Positions 28,402 through 38,381 of a stretch of 64,000 nucleotides of DNA are shown here, piece after piece. Positions within the stretch are counted from its first letter, which is position 1. Every line of letters starts with the position of its first letter. The notes beneath the pieces are model-generated. The model saw only the letters and a list, made by a program, of their open reading frames with translations, was not told the origin of the DNA and did no database searches. The position numbers and the translations under genes are program-made. The DNA is taken from contig CAZCRK010000001.1 in the NCBI GenBank assembly GCA_964501035.1, positions 1-64,000 of the forward strand. Direction: 5' to 3'.

Positions 28402-28537
28402 TCAGAAATTGAAAAACACTGAAAACCAGTAAATTCAGATTTTGCGAGTGCACAACATGACAATTCTGTTACAATCCTTTACGAAATACTCGCTATAAAT
28501 CTGTGTAATTTATAATGGTTTATTTTAGAAAGGTATT

Positions 28538-30061
28538 ATGAAAACGCAATTTCTATTTTTATGGGTTTTGAGCATAACTTTTATGTTTGGAAACATTCAA
28601 CCCCAGCATGTGTGGGTGTTTTTAAATGATAAAGGTCCCCATGTTATTTCAGAAAAATTAACTATTTTACAAAATATTGAATCCAATTTAGGCTCACACA
28701 CTAAATGGCGACGTTCTAAGGTGCGTACACATTCAATTGTTGATGAAAAAGATATACCTGTATTCCAACCTTATATTGATTCAATATTAGAAACTGGTAC
28801 CCAATGGCGAACCACATCTAAGTGGTTAAATGCGGTTTCAGTTTCTGCAACTGATGCTCATATACACCAAATTGAACACCTTCCATTTGTAGAATCTATT
28901 CAAACCGTACGCTCCGGAAAACGCAAAGACATTGCATCAAATAAAACAAATATACCATATTCTAACCGAACTGAATACGGACCATCTTGGAATCAACTTA
29001 ATCAAATTAACATAATTGAAGCACATGAAGCTGGATATACTGGACAAGGGGTACGAGTACTTATGTTAGATACGGGGTATTTTACCGACCATGAAGCAAT
29101 ACACGAAGAGCAAATTATAGCAGAGTGGGATTTTATTAATAATGATGGTGAAACCCAAAATGAAGCATTAGACCCCGAAGGTCAACACGACCATGGCACA
29201 TTAACATTATCAACTTTAGGGGGGTCGTTTGAAGGAAGTTTATATGGCCCTGCCTACAATGCAGAATTTTTACTCGCCAAAACAGAAGATATTTCACAAG
29301 AACAACCCATAGAAGAAGATTGGTATGTTGCTGGTTTAGAATGGGGAGAATCATTGGGTGCAGATATTGCTTCATCATCACTTGGGTATATCGATTGGTA
29401 TAATTTTGAAGATTTAGACGGACAAACCGCAGTAACAACCATTGCTGTAAATATTGCAATTGAAAATGGAATGATTATCACAACTGCTGCGGGAAATGAT
29501 GGTGAAGAAGGAATCATTGCACCAGCAGATGCGCTAGACGTTATCACTTGCGGAGCCGTAGATGAGTTTGGAGAAATTGCATATTTTAGTTCATGGGGAC
29601 CAACTGCAGATGGACGAATCAAGCCCGAAGTTTGTGCACGAGGATATTATACGTATTGTGCATCTCCAAATGGTGTAAACGAATACACAGAAGCAAATGG
29701 AACCTCTCTATCAACACCACTCATAGGAGGTGCATGTGCTGTAATTTTAAGTGCCCATCCCGACTGGACTCCTCAAATGGTTCGAGAGTCCCTTATGATG
29801 ACAGCCTCACAACACTCTGAACCCAATAATCAATATGGGTGGGGAATAATCAATGTTATGGATGCAATAAATTATGTAGAACCCCTATTTGATGTCAACA
29901 ATGATGGTTCGACCAATGTACAAGATTTGGTTCTTGTTGTAAACTATATTATGGGTACAAGCGCCCCTACATCAGATGAGTTTGTTACTTCGGATGCAAA
30001 TAATGATGGCTCACTAAACGTGCTTGACCTTGTAATTATTGTCAATTATATCGTACAATAG
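28538..30061 (+). CDS. S8 subtilisin-like serine peptidase with C-terminal dockerin domain
   Basis: Catalytic motifs LDTG, HGT, AAGN, GTSLSTP; dockerin repeats DVNNDGSTNVQDLV and DANNDGSLNVLDLV. Confidence 0.92.
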   Translation: MKTQFLFLWVLSITFMFGNIQPQHVWVFLNDKGPHVISEKLTILQNIESNLGSHTKWRRSKVRTHSIVDEKDIPVFQPYIDSILETGTQWRTTSKWLNAVSVSATDAHIHQIEHLPFVESIQTVRSGKRKDIASNKTNIPYSNRTEYGPSWNQLNQINIIEAHEAGYTGQGVRVLMLDTGYFTDHEAIHEEQIIAEWDFINNDGETQNEALDPEGQHDHGTLTLSTLGGSFEGSLYGPAYNAEFLLAKTEDISQEQPIEEDWYVAGLEWGESLGADIASSSLGYIDWYNFEDLDGQTAVTTIAVNIAIENGMIITTAAGNDGEEGIIAPADALDVITCGAVDEFGEIAYFSSWGPTADGRIKPEVCARGYYTYCASPNGVNEYTEANGTSLSTPLIGGACAVILSAHPDWTPQMVRESLMMTASQHSEPNNQYGWGIINVMDAINYVEPLFDVNNDGSTNVQDLVLVVNYIMGTSAPTSDEFVTSDANNDGSLNVLDLVIIVNYIVQ

Positions 30062-30107
30062 CCCTTTTCATTTTTACTTTCATATAAATCGGTAATAAAT
30101 TCATAAC

Positions 30108-31451
30108 ATGAAAAAGCAATGGGCACTAGATACATGGAAGCAATTTCCAATCCACCAGCAACCAAATTGGCCAGATAAGGCAATTTATGAAAAAGTATTA
30201 GATGAAATATCTACATATCCACCCTTAGTTTTTGCTGGAGAGGTACGCGCATTAAAACAGCAATTAGCTGATGCTACTTTGGGCAAAGGTTTCTTAATTC
30301 AAGGGGGAGATTGTGCAGAAACATTTAGTGATTTTAAAGCCAATTCTATTCGTGATAAGTTAAAAATATTACTTCAAATGTCTGTTGTATTAACATACGG
30401 GGCATCATATAATGTTATAAAAGTAGGTCGGATTGCAGGGCAATTTGCAAAACCACGTTCAAGCGATGTTGAAATTAGAAAAAATGTTTCGCTCCCATCT
30501 TATCGTGGTGATGCAGTAAACTCGATTGAATTTAACGAAAATACTCGCGCACCTAATCCAAAACGTATGTTGCGAACCTATAATCAATCTGCGGCTACAT
30601 TAAATTTACTACGAGCTTTTACAAAAGGTGGATTTGCTGATTTAAACAAAGTTCATTTTTGGAACCAAGAATTTATAGAATCTTCACCCCAAGGGAAACG
30701 ATATGAAGAGATTGCTAAACGTATTGATGATTCTTTAAAGTTTATGCGCGCTGTTGGTATATCATCAAGTAATACATCTGCATTAAAACTTACTGAATTT
30801 TATACATCGCATGAAGCACTGTTAGTAGGATACGAACAAGCTTTAACAAGACAAGATTCACTCACAGGTGAATGGTATGATTGTTCAGCACATATGCTTT
30901 GGATTGGTGAAAGAACTCGCCAATTAGATGGAGCTCATGTTGAGTTTTTATCAGGTGTCCACAATCCTATTGGAATCAAATTAGGTCCAACTGCAAATGC
31001 TGACGATATTGTAAAATTATGTGAGATATTAAATCCTAACAACGAACCTGGTCGAATATCACTCATAACGCGTATGGGAGCTGACAAAATAAATGAGGTT
31101 TTACCTACACTGATTCAAGGAATAACCGCATCGGGGCAAAATGTACTTTGGGTATGTGATCCAATGCATGGAAATACTTTTAAAACCGAAACTGGTTATA
31201 AAACACGACATTTTAATACCATCCTAAAAGAACTTGAAAATTTCTTTGCTATACATAAATCAGAAGGTTCGTTTCCTGGAGGAATTCATTTTGAGCTAAC
31301 GGGTGACAATGTTACCGAGTGTTTGGGTGGTGCTCGTGATATCAGTGATTCAGATCTTCGGGAACGGTATGAAACAGCTTGTGATCCCCGCTTGAACAAC
31401 GAACAAAGCCTTGAACTTGCATTTTTAATTTCAGATTTACTTCGTGAATAA
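30108..31451 (+). CDS. Class II DAHP synthase
   Basis: QGGDCAE, GRIAGQFAKPRS, LPSYRGD, WIGERTR, DPMHGNT, CDPRLN. Confidence 0.96.
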   Translation: MKKQWALDTWKQFPIHQQPNWPDKAIYEKVLDEISTYPPLVFAGEVRALKQQLADATLGKGFLIQGGDCAETFSDFKANSIRDKLKILLQMSVVLTYGASYNVIKVGRIAGQFAKPRSSDVEIRKNVSLPSYRGDAVNSIEFNENTRAPNPKRMLRTYNQSAATLNLLRAFTKGGFADLNKVHFWNQEFIESSPQGKRYEEIAKRIDDSLKFMRAVGISSSNTSALKLTEFYTSHEALLVGYEQALTRQDSLTGEWYDCSAHMLWIGERTRQLDGAHVEFLSGVHNPIGIKLGPTANADDIVKLCEILNPNNEPGRISLITRMGADKINEVLPTLIQGITASGQNVLWVCDPMHGNTFKTETGYKTRHFNTILKELENFFAIHKSEGSFPGGIHFELTGDNVTECLGGARDISDSDLRERYETACDPRLNNEQSLELAFLISDLLRE

Positions 31452-31552
31452 GTTTTACTTTTAGTTAAGAAAAGTTTTAAAGCTGAAATTAAAAACTACT
31501 TAAATTTCTCACCTATTTAGTTCAATATTTTTACTATTTTGGAGAGGTATAT

Positions 31553-32884
31553 ATGTCTGATGTAAACATTCAAGGATATGGCGACGATTTAACAATCAAC
31601 GGTACACGGATTGGAGACCTATCTCCAACAGATCATGAAAATATAGAGAAACAAAAAGGTGGCAGAAACTATAACCCACTTGAAAATGTAGTTGTTTCAC
31701 ATGTTAAAGATTCCTCCACGCTAATTTGCAGGAAACCATCAGCTGATGAAACAAAAGCGTTTATTGAAGAAGAATTAATTGATGGATTGTGCTGCTACTC
31801 TGCTGTAAATCAAGGTCAATTAAATCAAACCATAGTGGATGCGGTTGTACATCATTTAACCCAAGACAAACTTCCGACCGTACCTCGATCTATACGACAT
31901 AAATACATGAGTGCATTTTTAATGGCAGTTACAGAAATCACTAAAATGGATAGGGTGGTTCCAAAAGTTGCAGGAGTTGAGGCACCTGAATTGATGTTTA
32001 AACTATCTCGTAGATGGGGATATAGAGAAAAAGGTATTCCAAGTGGTGAAGCAATAGTTGTAGCAGCCAAAGGAAATTTTCACGGTCGCTCAATGACAGC
32101 TATATCTATGTCGGACGACCCGGATGCACGGGATGATTTTGGTCCATTTGTTCCTGGAATAGAATTAGTACCATTTAACGATATTGAAGCACTAGAAACT
32201 CTGTTTAAAGAAAAAGGTGATAGGATTGCATCCTATTTGGCAGAGCCAATTCAAGGAGAGGCAGGCGTAATTGTGCCTGATAATGACTATTGGAAACAAG
32301 TCCGAGCTTTGTGTGATGAATACAATATTTTATTAGCAATGGATGAAGTTCAAACTGGTTATGCCCGTACAGGTGCAAATTTCGCCCATCAATTGTTTGA
32401 TGTAAAACCAGATATTATGGGATGTGGAAAAGCCGCAGGTGGTGGAATTCTTCCCGTATCGTTTGTAGCTGGACGCGACGATGTAATTGGTGTTTTAACT
32501 CCAGGTTCAGAGGGTTCAACTTTTGGAGGGTATCCTCTTGCTTCTGTTGTTTCAGTGTATGCCATCAAGGTTATGGTAGATCAAGAATTAGCAAAGAATG
32601 CACGGGTACGCGGAGCTCAGCTGCTAAATCACTTTGAAGAAGTTAAAGCAGAATTTCCAGATAAAATTAAAGAAGTTCGTGGACGCGGGTTGCTAACTGC
32701 ATTTGAAATGCATAATGCACCAGAATTAGATGGTCATCATGTTTCTGTAGAGTTACTTAAAAGAGGTGTTTATGCTAAAGAAACACATCATTCCACCGTT
32801 CGGATTGCCCCAGCTCTAACAATTGAAGCATGGCAAATAGATGATATTGCAAATGCAATTCGTGATGTAGTAAAATCACTTTAG
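31553..32884 (+). CDS. Class III aminotransferase, ornithine aminotransferase-like
   Basis: YSAVNQG, NFHGRS, EPIQGEAG, DEVQTG..RTG, PLP Lys in GKAAGGG, GSTFGG. Confidence 0.85.
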   Translation: MSDVNIQGYGDDLTINGTRIGDLSPTDHENIEKQKGGRNYNPLENVVVSHVKDSSTLICRKPSADETKAFIEEELIDGLCCYSAVNQGQLNQTIVDAVVHHLTQDKLPTVPRSIRHKYMSAFLMAVTEITKMDRVVPKVAGVEAPELMFKLSRRWGYREKGIPSGEAIVVAAKGNFHGRSMTAISMSDDPDARDDFGPFVPGIELVPFNDIEALETLFKEKGDRIASYLAEPIQGEAGVIVPDNDYWKQVRALCDEYNILLAMDEVQTGYARTGANFAHQLFDVKPDIMGCGKAAGGGILPVSFVAGRDDVIGVLTPGSEGSTFGGYPLASVVSVYAIKVMVDQELAKNARVRGAQLLNHFEEVKAEFPDKIKEVRGRGLLTAFEMHNAPELDGHHVSVELLKRGVYAKETHHSTVRIAPALTIEAWQIDDIANAIRDVVKSL

Positions 32885-32994
32885 ATTAAATGAGATGCAA
32901 ATCTTAGCATCTCTTCAACATATTTGGCTCTTGTCTCACCATGTAATTCGTTGTAAATTTATCCTTTATTAGGAATAAATTTGCTGCAAAATCT

Positions 32995-35900
32995 ATGTTA
33001 TTGATAAATATTCATCATATACTCCCCCTATCAGCTCTTGTCATAAATTTTATGGTTATGGCTTTTGTTTTTGCCAAAGATAGCAAGTCTCCTTCAAATC
33101 GTTCATATCTACTCTTCTTAATATTTTTACAGATATTTTGCGCCGGAGATTTGTATCTTCGATTTATAACTACACCAAATTATTCAAATGGTATATTTTT
33201 GAAATTATTTCCCATCTCTTATCTAGTTGTAGGGTTTCTGTTTTTAAATTTCATTTATGTTTTGTTTAACAAGAAGAAAAATTTCATATATTATATGTTT
33301 TTCTTTTTGAATGTGATTGTTTTACTTCTTCATTTTTTTACTGATTTAATAGCAGATGGTTTTGAACATTATCCTTGGGGAAATCATATTAGTCCAGGAA
33401 AACTTGCAATTTATACAAACTCCGTGCTTTCCTTATTACCCATATTATTTTCATTATGGTTTATTGCGGTTGAAACCAAAAAAACAGAATCAAACGATAG
33501 AAGGGCATCATTATTGTTTTTGTTTTTTGGAACAACCATTGCATGGTCAATATCCGGATATTCAAATATTTTTTATAGAACCCTTTTTGATTCAACAGAA
33601 CATATTCGATTAGCAAGTTCATCTTCGATAATTCAAACTTTATTTATTATTCCAGCATTATTAAAATATAATTTTTTACATAAACCAATTGCTTCAATAT
33701 ATCATGACCTTTTTAACCATTCGCCCGATGGAGTTTTAATTACGGATTCTGGGGGGCAGATAATTAAAAGTAATAAAATTGCACTTGAAATTATTGGTGA
33801 TGCTTCAAATGTTAATCAGCTATTTGATTCCAAACAATTCTCAATTAAAAGTGAATATTCAAACAAAGAATTTCATCTTCTAGCAGGACAAACAATATCA
33901 TTAAGTCAGTCCAAAATAATGCAAGGTACACTTGCACTTGGAATGTTGTTAATAGTAAGAGATATTACTGATAAAGTTGAGATTCAGAAAGCGTTAATAA
34001 AAAATGAAAACCATCTAAGAGAAGCTCAATCAATTGCAAATATTGGTAGTTTTGAATACGATTTAGAATTTGATAAAATTTCATGGTCAGATGAATTGTT
34101 CAACCTTTTTGGATTAGATTCAAAATCATTTTTACCTACAAATGATTATTTTTTAAATAATATTCTCCATCCTGATGATAAGGCTTATGTCGTTGAACTA
34201 ATAGAAAAAGCATATAAAAACAAATCACCATTAGATTATTTCCATCGCATAATTCGAAAAGATGGTGATATACGGTTTATGCATTCCCAGGCTAAAATTT
34301 ATTTTAATGAAACAGGTGTTCCAATAAAAATAAATGGAACAACACAAGATATTACAGAACTTGAATTAACCAAAAAAGAGCTTGAACAAAGTGAAAAAGA
34401 GTACAAAACTCTAGTAGAAACATCTCCAGATTCAATAATAATTGCAAATATTGATACATTTTTTTATGTGAACAATGCCTTTGTGAAAATGATGCGAGCT
34501 GATTCAAAAGATGATTTTACACATCGCACACCACTTGACTTTTTGTTTCCTGAAAATCACAATTATGTTAAAGATGAAGTTAAAAAAGTACTCTCTGGAA
34601 ATCCAGTTGAAAAAAAGACATTTAAATATAAACGCTGTGATAATACAGAAGGATATATTGAAATACGTGGCGTGTTAACCCATTACAAATCAAAACCTGC
34701 TTTTTTAGGTGCAATACGAGATGTGTCTGAAATGATTAATGTTCAAGTTGAATTAACAGAAAGTGAGAAAAAGTATAGATTTCTCATTGAAAACTCAACA
34801 GATATCATTTATAATACAGATTTAGATGGAAATTTTACTTTTGTTAATTCTGCATTTGAAAAATTATCAGGTTATAAAAAAGATCAAGTAATAGGCAAAG
34901 ATTCCAACATTCATGTTCGAAGTGACTTCAGAGAAAAAATAAAAGAAATTTATCATAAACAGTTCATAACAAAATCTCAAAACAACGTTTTAGAAGTTCC
35001 AGTAATTGGTAAAGGTGGACAAAATTATTGGCTAGAGTTAAATGTTAATTTAGTGTGGAATGGGGATAAGATTTCTGGGTTTACAGCTGTGTGTAGAAAT
35101 ATAACTAAAAGGCGAAAAATTGCAAAAGAGTTAGCTGAAGCACATAAAAAGCTTGAAAGTCTTTTCAAAGCAATGCCTGATATATTTTTCATGTTAGACT
35201 TTGATGGTGTTGTCGTTGAATATAAAGCCAATGACCACAACAGATTATATGTACCACCTGAACAATTTTTAGGAAAAAAAGTTACCGACGTGCTGCCAAA
35301 ACCAGCTTCAACTAAAATTCAAAAATCGATAGATAGTTTTGGAGAAAATAAAAAACAACTGGTTACCTTTGAATATTCTTTACAGGAAAGTGATAAAATT
35401 GTTTATTTTGAAGCTAGACTATTTCCTTTTCAGGATAAATTTATTATTTCAATCGTAAGAGATATTACCGAAAATAAAGTGCTTGTGCAAGAACAAAAAG
35501 AAATCGAAGAGCGATACAGATTATTAGTTGAATCATCACCAGATGGAGTTATGCTCCATAATACTCAAGAAGTTTTATTTATCAACGAGGCAGCCTTGAA
35601 ATTATTAGGTGCCCCCAATAAAGACGTTATTATTGGTAGAAATCCAAATTCATTTATTCATGATGATTATCTTGAAATGGAAAATGAAAGAACAGAAAAA
35701 ATTTTAAATGGTGAAAACCTAGACCCTATATATGAAAAAATGTTACGTATTGATGGAACAGAAGTTATGGTTGAGGCAAAAGGAGTTTTAACGCATTTAG
35801 AAGGAAAGCCTGTAATTCAAACTACAATTAGAGATGTGTCCCAAAGAATCAAAGCTGAAAATGAAATAAAAAAATCACATGATGAAATTCGTAAACTTGC

Positions 35901-36531
35901 TATTCATTTACAAAACCTGCAAGAAGATGAAAGAGGACAGATTGCAAAAGAAATTCATGATGAATTAGGGCAAACATTAACTGGAATTAAAATGGACTTA
36001 TCATTTTTACAACAAATAAATGATGATGAGAGCGTATGTGAGAGACTTGAAGTTGTAGATGGTTTAGTTGATAGAACAATTAAAACTGTTCGCAAAATCA
36101 GCTCGGGGTTGCACCCACCAGTATTGGATGACTTAGGATTAAAAGCAGCAATAGAATGGCAAACACAAGAATTTTTTGCTAGGTCAAAAATAAATTATGT
36201 TTTAGACCTTCCTGACTATAATATTGAATTTTCTAAAGATAAGTCACGTGCAATTTTTAGAATTATTCAAGAATCTCTAACCAATGTTGCTCGACACTCT
36301 AATGCAACTACAGTTACCATTACATCTAAAGTTGATAATCAAAATATGATATTTAGTATTACCGACGATGGGATTGGAATATCTCAATCAGTAATAAATG
36401 AAAATTCTACTTTTGGAATAATAAGCATGAAAGAGCGTGCATTGGTGTTTGATGGAGAAGTTGAAATTACTGGAAATAATAAGGGAACCTTAGTAAAACT
36501 AACCATTCCTTTAGAAAAAATTGGGAGCTAA
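32995..36531 (+). CDS. Sensor histidine kinase: 7TM N-terminus, multiple PAS domains, HisKA_3 and HATPase
   Basis: Hydrophobic N-terminal region of about 230 aa; repeated PAS starts (VETSPD, IENSTD, FKAMPD, VESSPD); IAKEIHDELGQ, QESLTNVARH, DDGIG. Confidence 0.92.
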   Translation: MLLINIHHILPLSALVINFMVMAFVFAKDSKSPSNRSYLLFLIFLQIFCAGDLYLRFITTPNYSNGIFLKLFPISYLVVGFLFLNFIYVLFNKKKNFIYYMFFFLNVIVLLLHFFTDLIADGFEHYPWGNHISPGKLAIYTNSVLSLLPILFSLWFIAVETKKTESNDRRASLLFLFFGTTIAWSISGYSNIFYRTLFDSTEHIRLASSSSIIQTLFIIPALLKYNFLHKPIASIYHDLFNHSPDGVLITDSGGQIIKSNKIALEIIGDASNVNQLFDSKQFSIKSEYSNKEFHLLAGQTISLSQSKIMQGTLALGMLLIVRDITDKVEIQKALIKNENHLREAQSIANIGSFEYDLEFDKISWSDELFNLFGLDSKSFLPTNDYFLNNILHPDDKAYVVELIEKAYKNKSPLDYFHRIIRKDGDIRFMHSQAKIYFNETGVPIKINGTTQDITELELTKKELEQSEKEYKTLVETSPDSIIIANIDTFFYVNNAFVKMMRADSKDDFTHRTPLDFLFPENHNYVKDEVKKVLSGNPVEKKTFKYKRCDNTEGYIEIRGVLTHYKSKPAFLGAIRDVSEMINVQVELTESEKKYRFLIENSTDIIYNTDLDGNFTFVNSAFEKLSGYKKDQVIGKDSNIHVRSDFREKIKEIYHKQFITKSQNNVLEVPVIGKGGQNYWLELNVNLVWNGDKISGFTAVCRNITKRRKIAKELAEAHKKLESLFKAMPDIFFMLDFDGVVVEYKANDHNRLYVPPEQFLGKKVTDVLPKPASTKIQKSIDSFGENKKQLVTFEYSLQESDKIVYFEARLFPFQDKFIISIVRDITENKVLVQEQKEIEERYRLLVESSPDGVMLHNTQEVLFINEAALKLLGAPNKDVIIGRNPNSFIHDDYLEMENERTEKILNGENLDPIYEKMLRIDGTEVMVEAKGVLTHLEGKPVIQTTIRDVSQRIKAENEIKKSHDEIRKLAIHLQNLQEDERGQIAKEIHDELGQTLTGIKMDLSFLQQINDDESVCERLEVVDGLVDRTIKTVRKISSGLHPPVLDDLGLKAAIEWQTQEFFARSKINYVLDLPDYNIEFSKDKSRAIFRIIQESLTNVARHSNATTVTITSKVDNQNMIFSITDDGIGISQSVINENSTFGIISMKERALVFDGEVEITGNNKGTLVKLTIPLEKIGS

Positions 36532-36532
36532 G

Positions 36533-37165
36533 ATGATACAAATTTTGTTAGTTGATGACCATGAAATTGTAAGAGATGGATTGAAACGAATAATTAATGA
36601 TAGCCCTAATCTAGAAGTCAAAGCTGAGGCCAATGATGGCATTGAAGCAATTCAACATCTTAGCAATTCAGTATTTGATTTAGTTATTTTAGATATTTCA
36701 ATGCCAGGCAAAAACGGAATCGAAGTATTGAAAGAGTCAAAAAGCATTCATCCAAAGATACCAGTTTTAATGTTAAGCATGCATGAAGAAAAACAATATG
36801 CTATTCGTTCATTTAGAGCAGGAGCATCTGGGTATTTGACAAAGGATATTGCCTCAAAGGAACTTGTTAAAGCAATTTTACATATTATGGATGGCCATAA
36901 ATATATAAACCCTCAAGTTGCCGAAGTTTTAGCAACATCACTAGATAAAAATGTAGAAAAACCCTTACATTCGTTTTTGTCTGATAGAGAATATGAGGTA
37001 ATGATTCAAATTGCTTCAGGTTTTTCTATTACAGATATTTCGAAACGTTTATCGCTAAGCGACAAAACCATTAGTACCTATAGAACAAGGATCCTAAAAA
37101 AAATGAATTTTAAAAACAATTCAGAGTTAACCCATTATGCCATATCGCAAAAATTAACAGATTAA
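36533..37165 (+). CDS. NarL/UvrY(GacA)-family response regulator
   Basis: VDDHEIVRDG, LDISMPG, GASGYLTK, LSDREYEV, LSLSDKTISTYRTRILKKM. Confidence 0.93.
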   Translation: MIQILLVDDHEIVRDGLKRIINDSPNLEVKAEANDGIEAIQHLSNSVFDLVILDISMPGKNGIEVLKESKSIHPKIPVLMLSMHEEKQYAIRSFRAGASGYLTKDIASKELVKAILHIMDGHKYINPQVAEVLATSLDKNVEKPLHSFLSDREYEVMIQIASGFSITDISKRLSLSDKTISTYRTRILKKMNFKNNSELTHYAISQKLTD

Positions 37166-37206
37166 TGTAAGTATTTTGACTACAGTAAAATCATAGTTTC
37201 ACTTAT
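37166..37206 (+). promoter_or_regulatory. Candidate response-regulator box 1 (TGTAAG-N7-ACTACA plus second element)
   Basis: Aligns with 37716-37756 at the same spacing; resembles the GacA/UvrY box TGTAAG-N6-CTTACA. Confidence 0.5.
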
Positions 37207-37259
37207 TTTACCACATAAGTTAATTTATCTAACCTTTTAGCAGATATTTAGAGGGTTTA

Positions 37260-37637
37260 ATGATAGAAAAGAAAGAAATCGTGATTATTGAAAATTCATC
37301 TACATTAGGTAAAAAATTAACTACTGTAGTGAATTCTTTAGAAAATATAAACGTATCTTTCCTTAAAGCTGATCCAATAAATTGTTGCGAATTTATAAAT
37401 GGCCACAAACCAGACATATTAATTCTAGGAGTAAATATTGCTACAAAAAAATGTTTAGAACAACTCCGTAAAACTAAAAATAGTAATCCTGAAATTCAAA
37501 TAATAGTTTTGTCAGACAATCCATACGATCAACTTAAAAAAGTATGCATGCATGCAGGAGCAGATTACTTTTTAGATAAATCTCATGATTTAAACAAGGT
37601 AATTGAAATTTGTTCAACTGAAACGGTAAATAATTAG
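37260..37637 (+). CDS. Stand-alone receiver domain lacking the phospho-acceptor Asp (pseudo-receiver)
   Basis: IVIIENS, KPDILILGV (D to G at the phosphosite), GADYFLDKS. Confidence 0.8.
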   Translation: MIEKKEIVIIENSSTLGKKLTTVVNSLENINVSFLKADPINCCEFINGHKPDILILGVNIATKKCLEQLRKTKNSNPEIQIIVLSDNPYDQLKKVCMHAGADYFLDKSHDLNKVIEICSTETVNN

Positions 37638-37639
37638 AG

Positions 37640-37716
37640 ATACCCTTGTCCCAAGACTCCTCCTCTTCTTGCAAGGGGTATTGTGTGGGCTACTCCTCCG
37701 GTAGCCCACTTTGTTT
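37640..37716 (+). ncRNA. Candidate two-hairpin sRNA or 3' UTR element with CUCCUCC loops
   Basis: Hairpin ATACCCTTG..CAAG-actcctcctctt-CTTG..CAAGGGGTAT, then GTGGGCTAC-tcctccg-GTAGCCCAC followed by TTTGTTT. Confidence 0.45.
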
Positions 37717-37756
37717 GTAGGAAAAATACCTACAACACAATCAGACTTCCCCTGAT
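37716..37756 (+). promoter_or_regulatory. Candidate response-regulator box 2 (TGTAGG-N7-CCTACA plus TCAG-N8-CTGA)
   Basis: Perfect 6-bp inverted repeat; same layout as 37166-37206. Confidence 0.55.
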
Positions 37757-37789
37757 ATTTTTATAAAACCGAATAGATGTAAGTTTTGT

Positions 37790-37881
37790 CTGGAAAAAAG
37801 TCGACTCCTTTCTTCTTTTTCCTCCTTCAAGGTAAGTTAAAGTAAATTAGGTTGGTAGCCGTTCCACCAACCTAATTTTTT
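37790..37881 (+). ncRNA. Candidate sRNA (CU-rich with CUCCU motifs) ending in an intrinsic terminator
   Basis: GACTCCTTTCTTCTTTTTCCTCCTT, then AAATTAGGTTGGT-loop-ACCAACCTAATTT plus T-run; preceded by a TAAGTT -10-like hexamer. Confidence 0.45.
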
Positions 37882-37967
37882 ATTTAGAACAAATATTTCT
37901 TGGTATTGTTACTAAAGACATTGAAATTTTACCAACCTTTAACACATAATTCTAAGGGGTTTACATA

Positions 37968-38309
37968 ATGAAACGATGTTTTGCAGTATTTTTTGCAGTA
38001 TTTTTTATGGCTTGTAATTCAAAGGTGGATTTATCTATTGAGAGGGGAATCCATTATTTTGAAGCTGGACAAACAAACGAAGCAATTTTAGAGTTTAAAC
38101 AAGCAATCCAACTCATGCCAAGTGACCATAGTCAGCTAAGTATTGCTGAAATTCAATTACTTTCACAAGCATATCACAATTTAGCGGTTGCATATGCTAA
38201 GAATAAGTGGTTTAATGAAGCAGAAAGTTCTGCCCAAACAGCATTTGACTTAGTTCCATCTGCAGAGAACAAAGAAGTACTTGAATTGATACAAACAAAG
38301 AAAAACTAA
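37968..38309 (+). CDS. TPR lipoprotein
   Basis: Lipobox FMAC; TPR helices (AYHNLAVAY). Confidence 0.75.
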   Translation: MKRCFAVFFAVFFMACNSKVDLSIERGIHYFEAGQTNEAILEFKQAIQLMPSDHSQLSIAEIQLLSQAYHNLAVAYAKNKWFNEAESSAQTAFDLVPSAENKEVLELIQTKKN

Positions 38310-38381
38310 TTTTAGTAAACCATTTTTCTTTAAAAACAATTTATAGGATATTTTAACGACATTCTATATACTGCTACAAAG

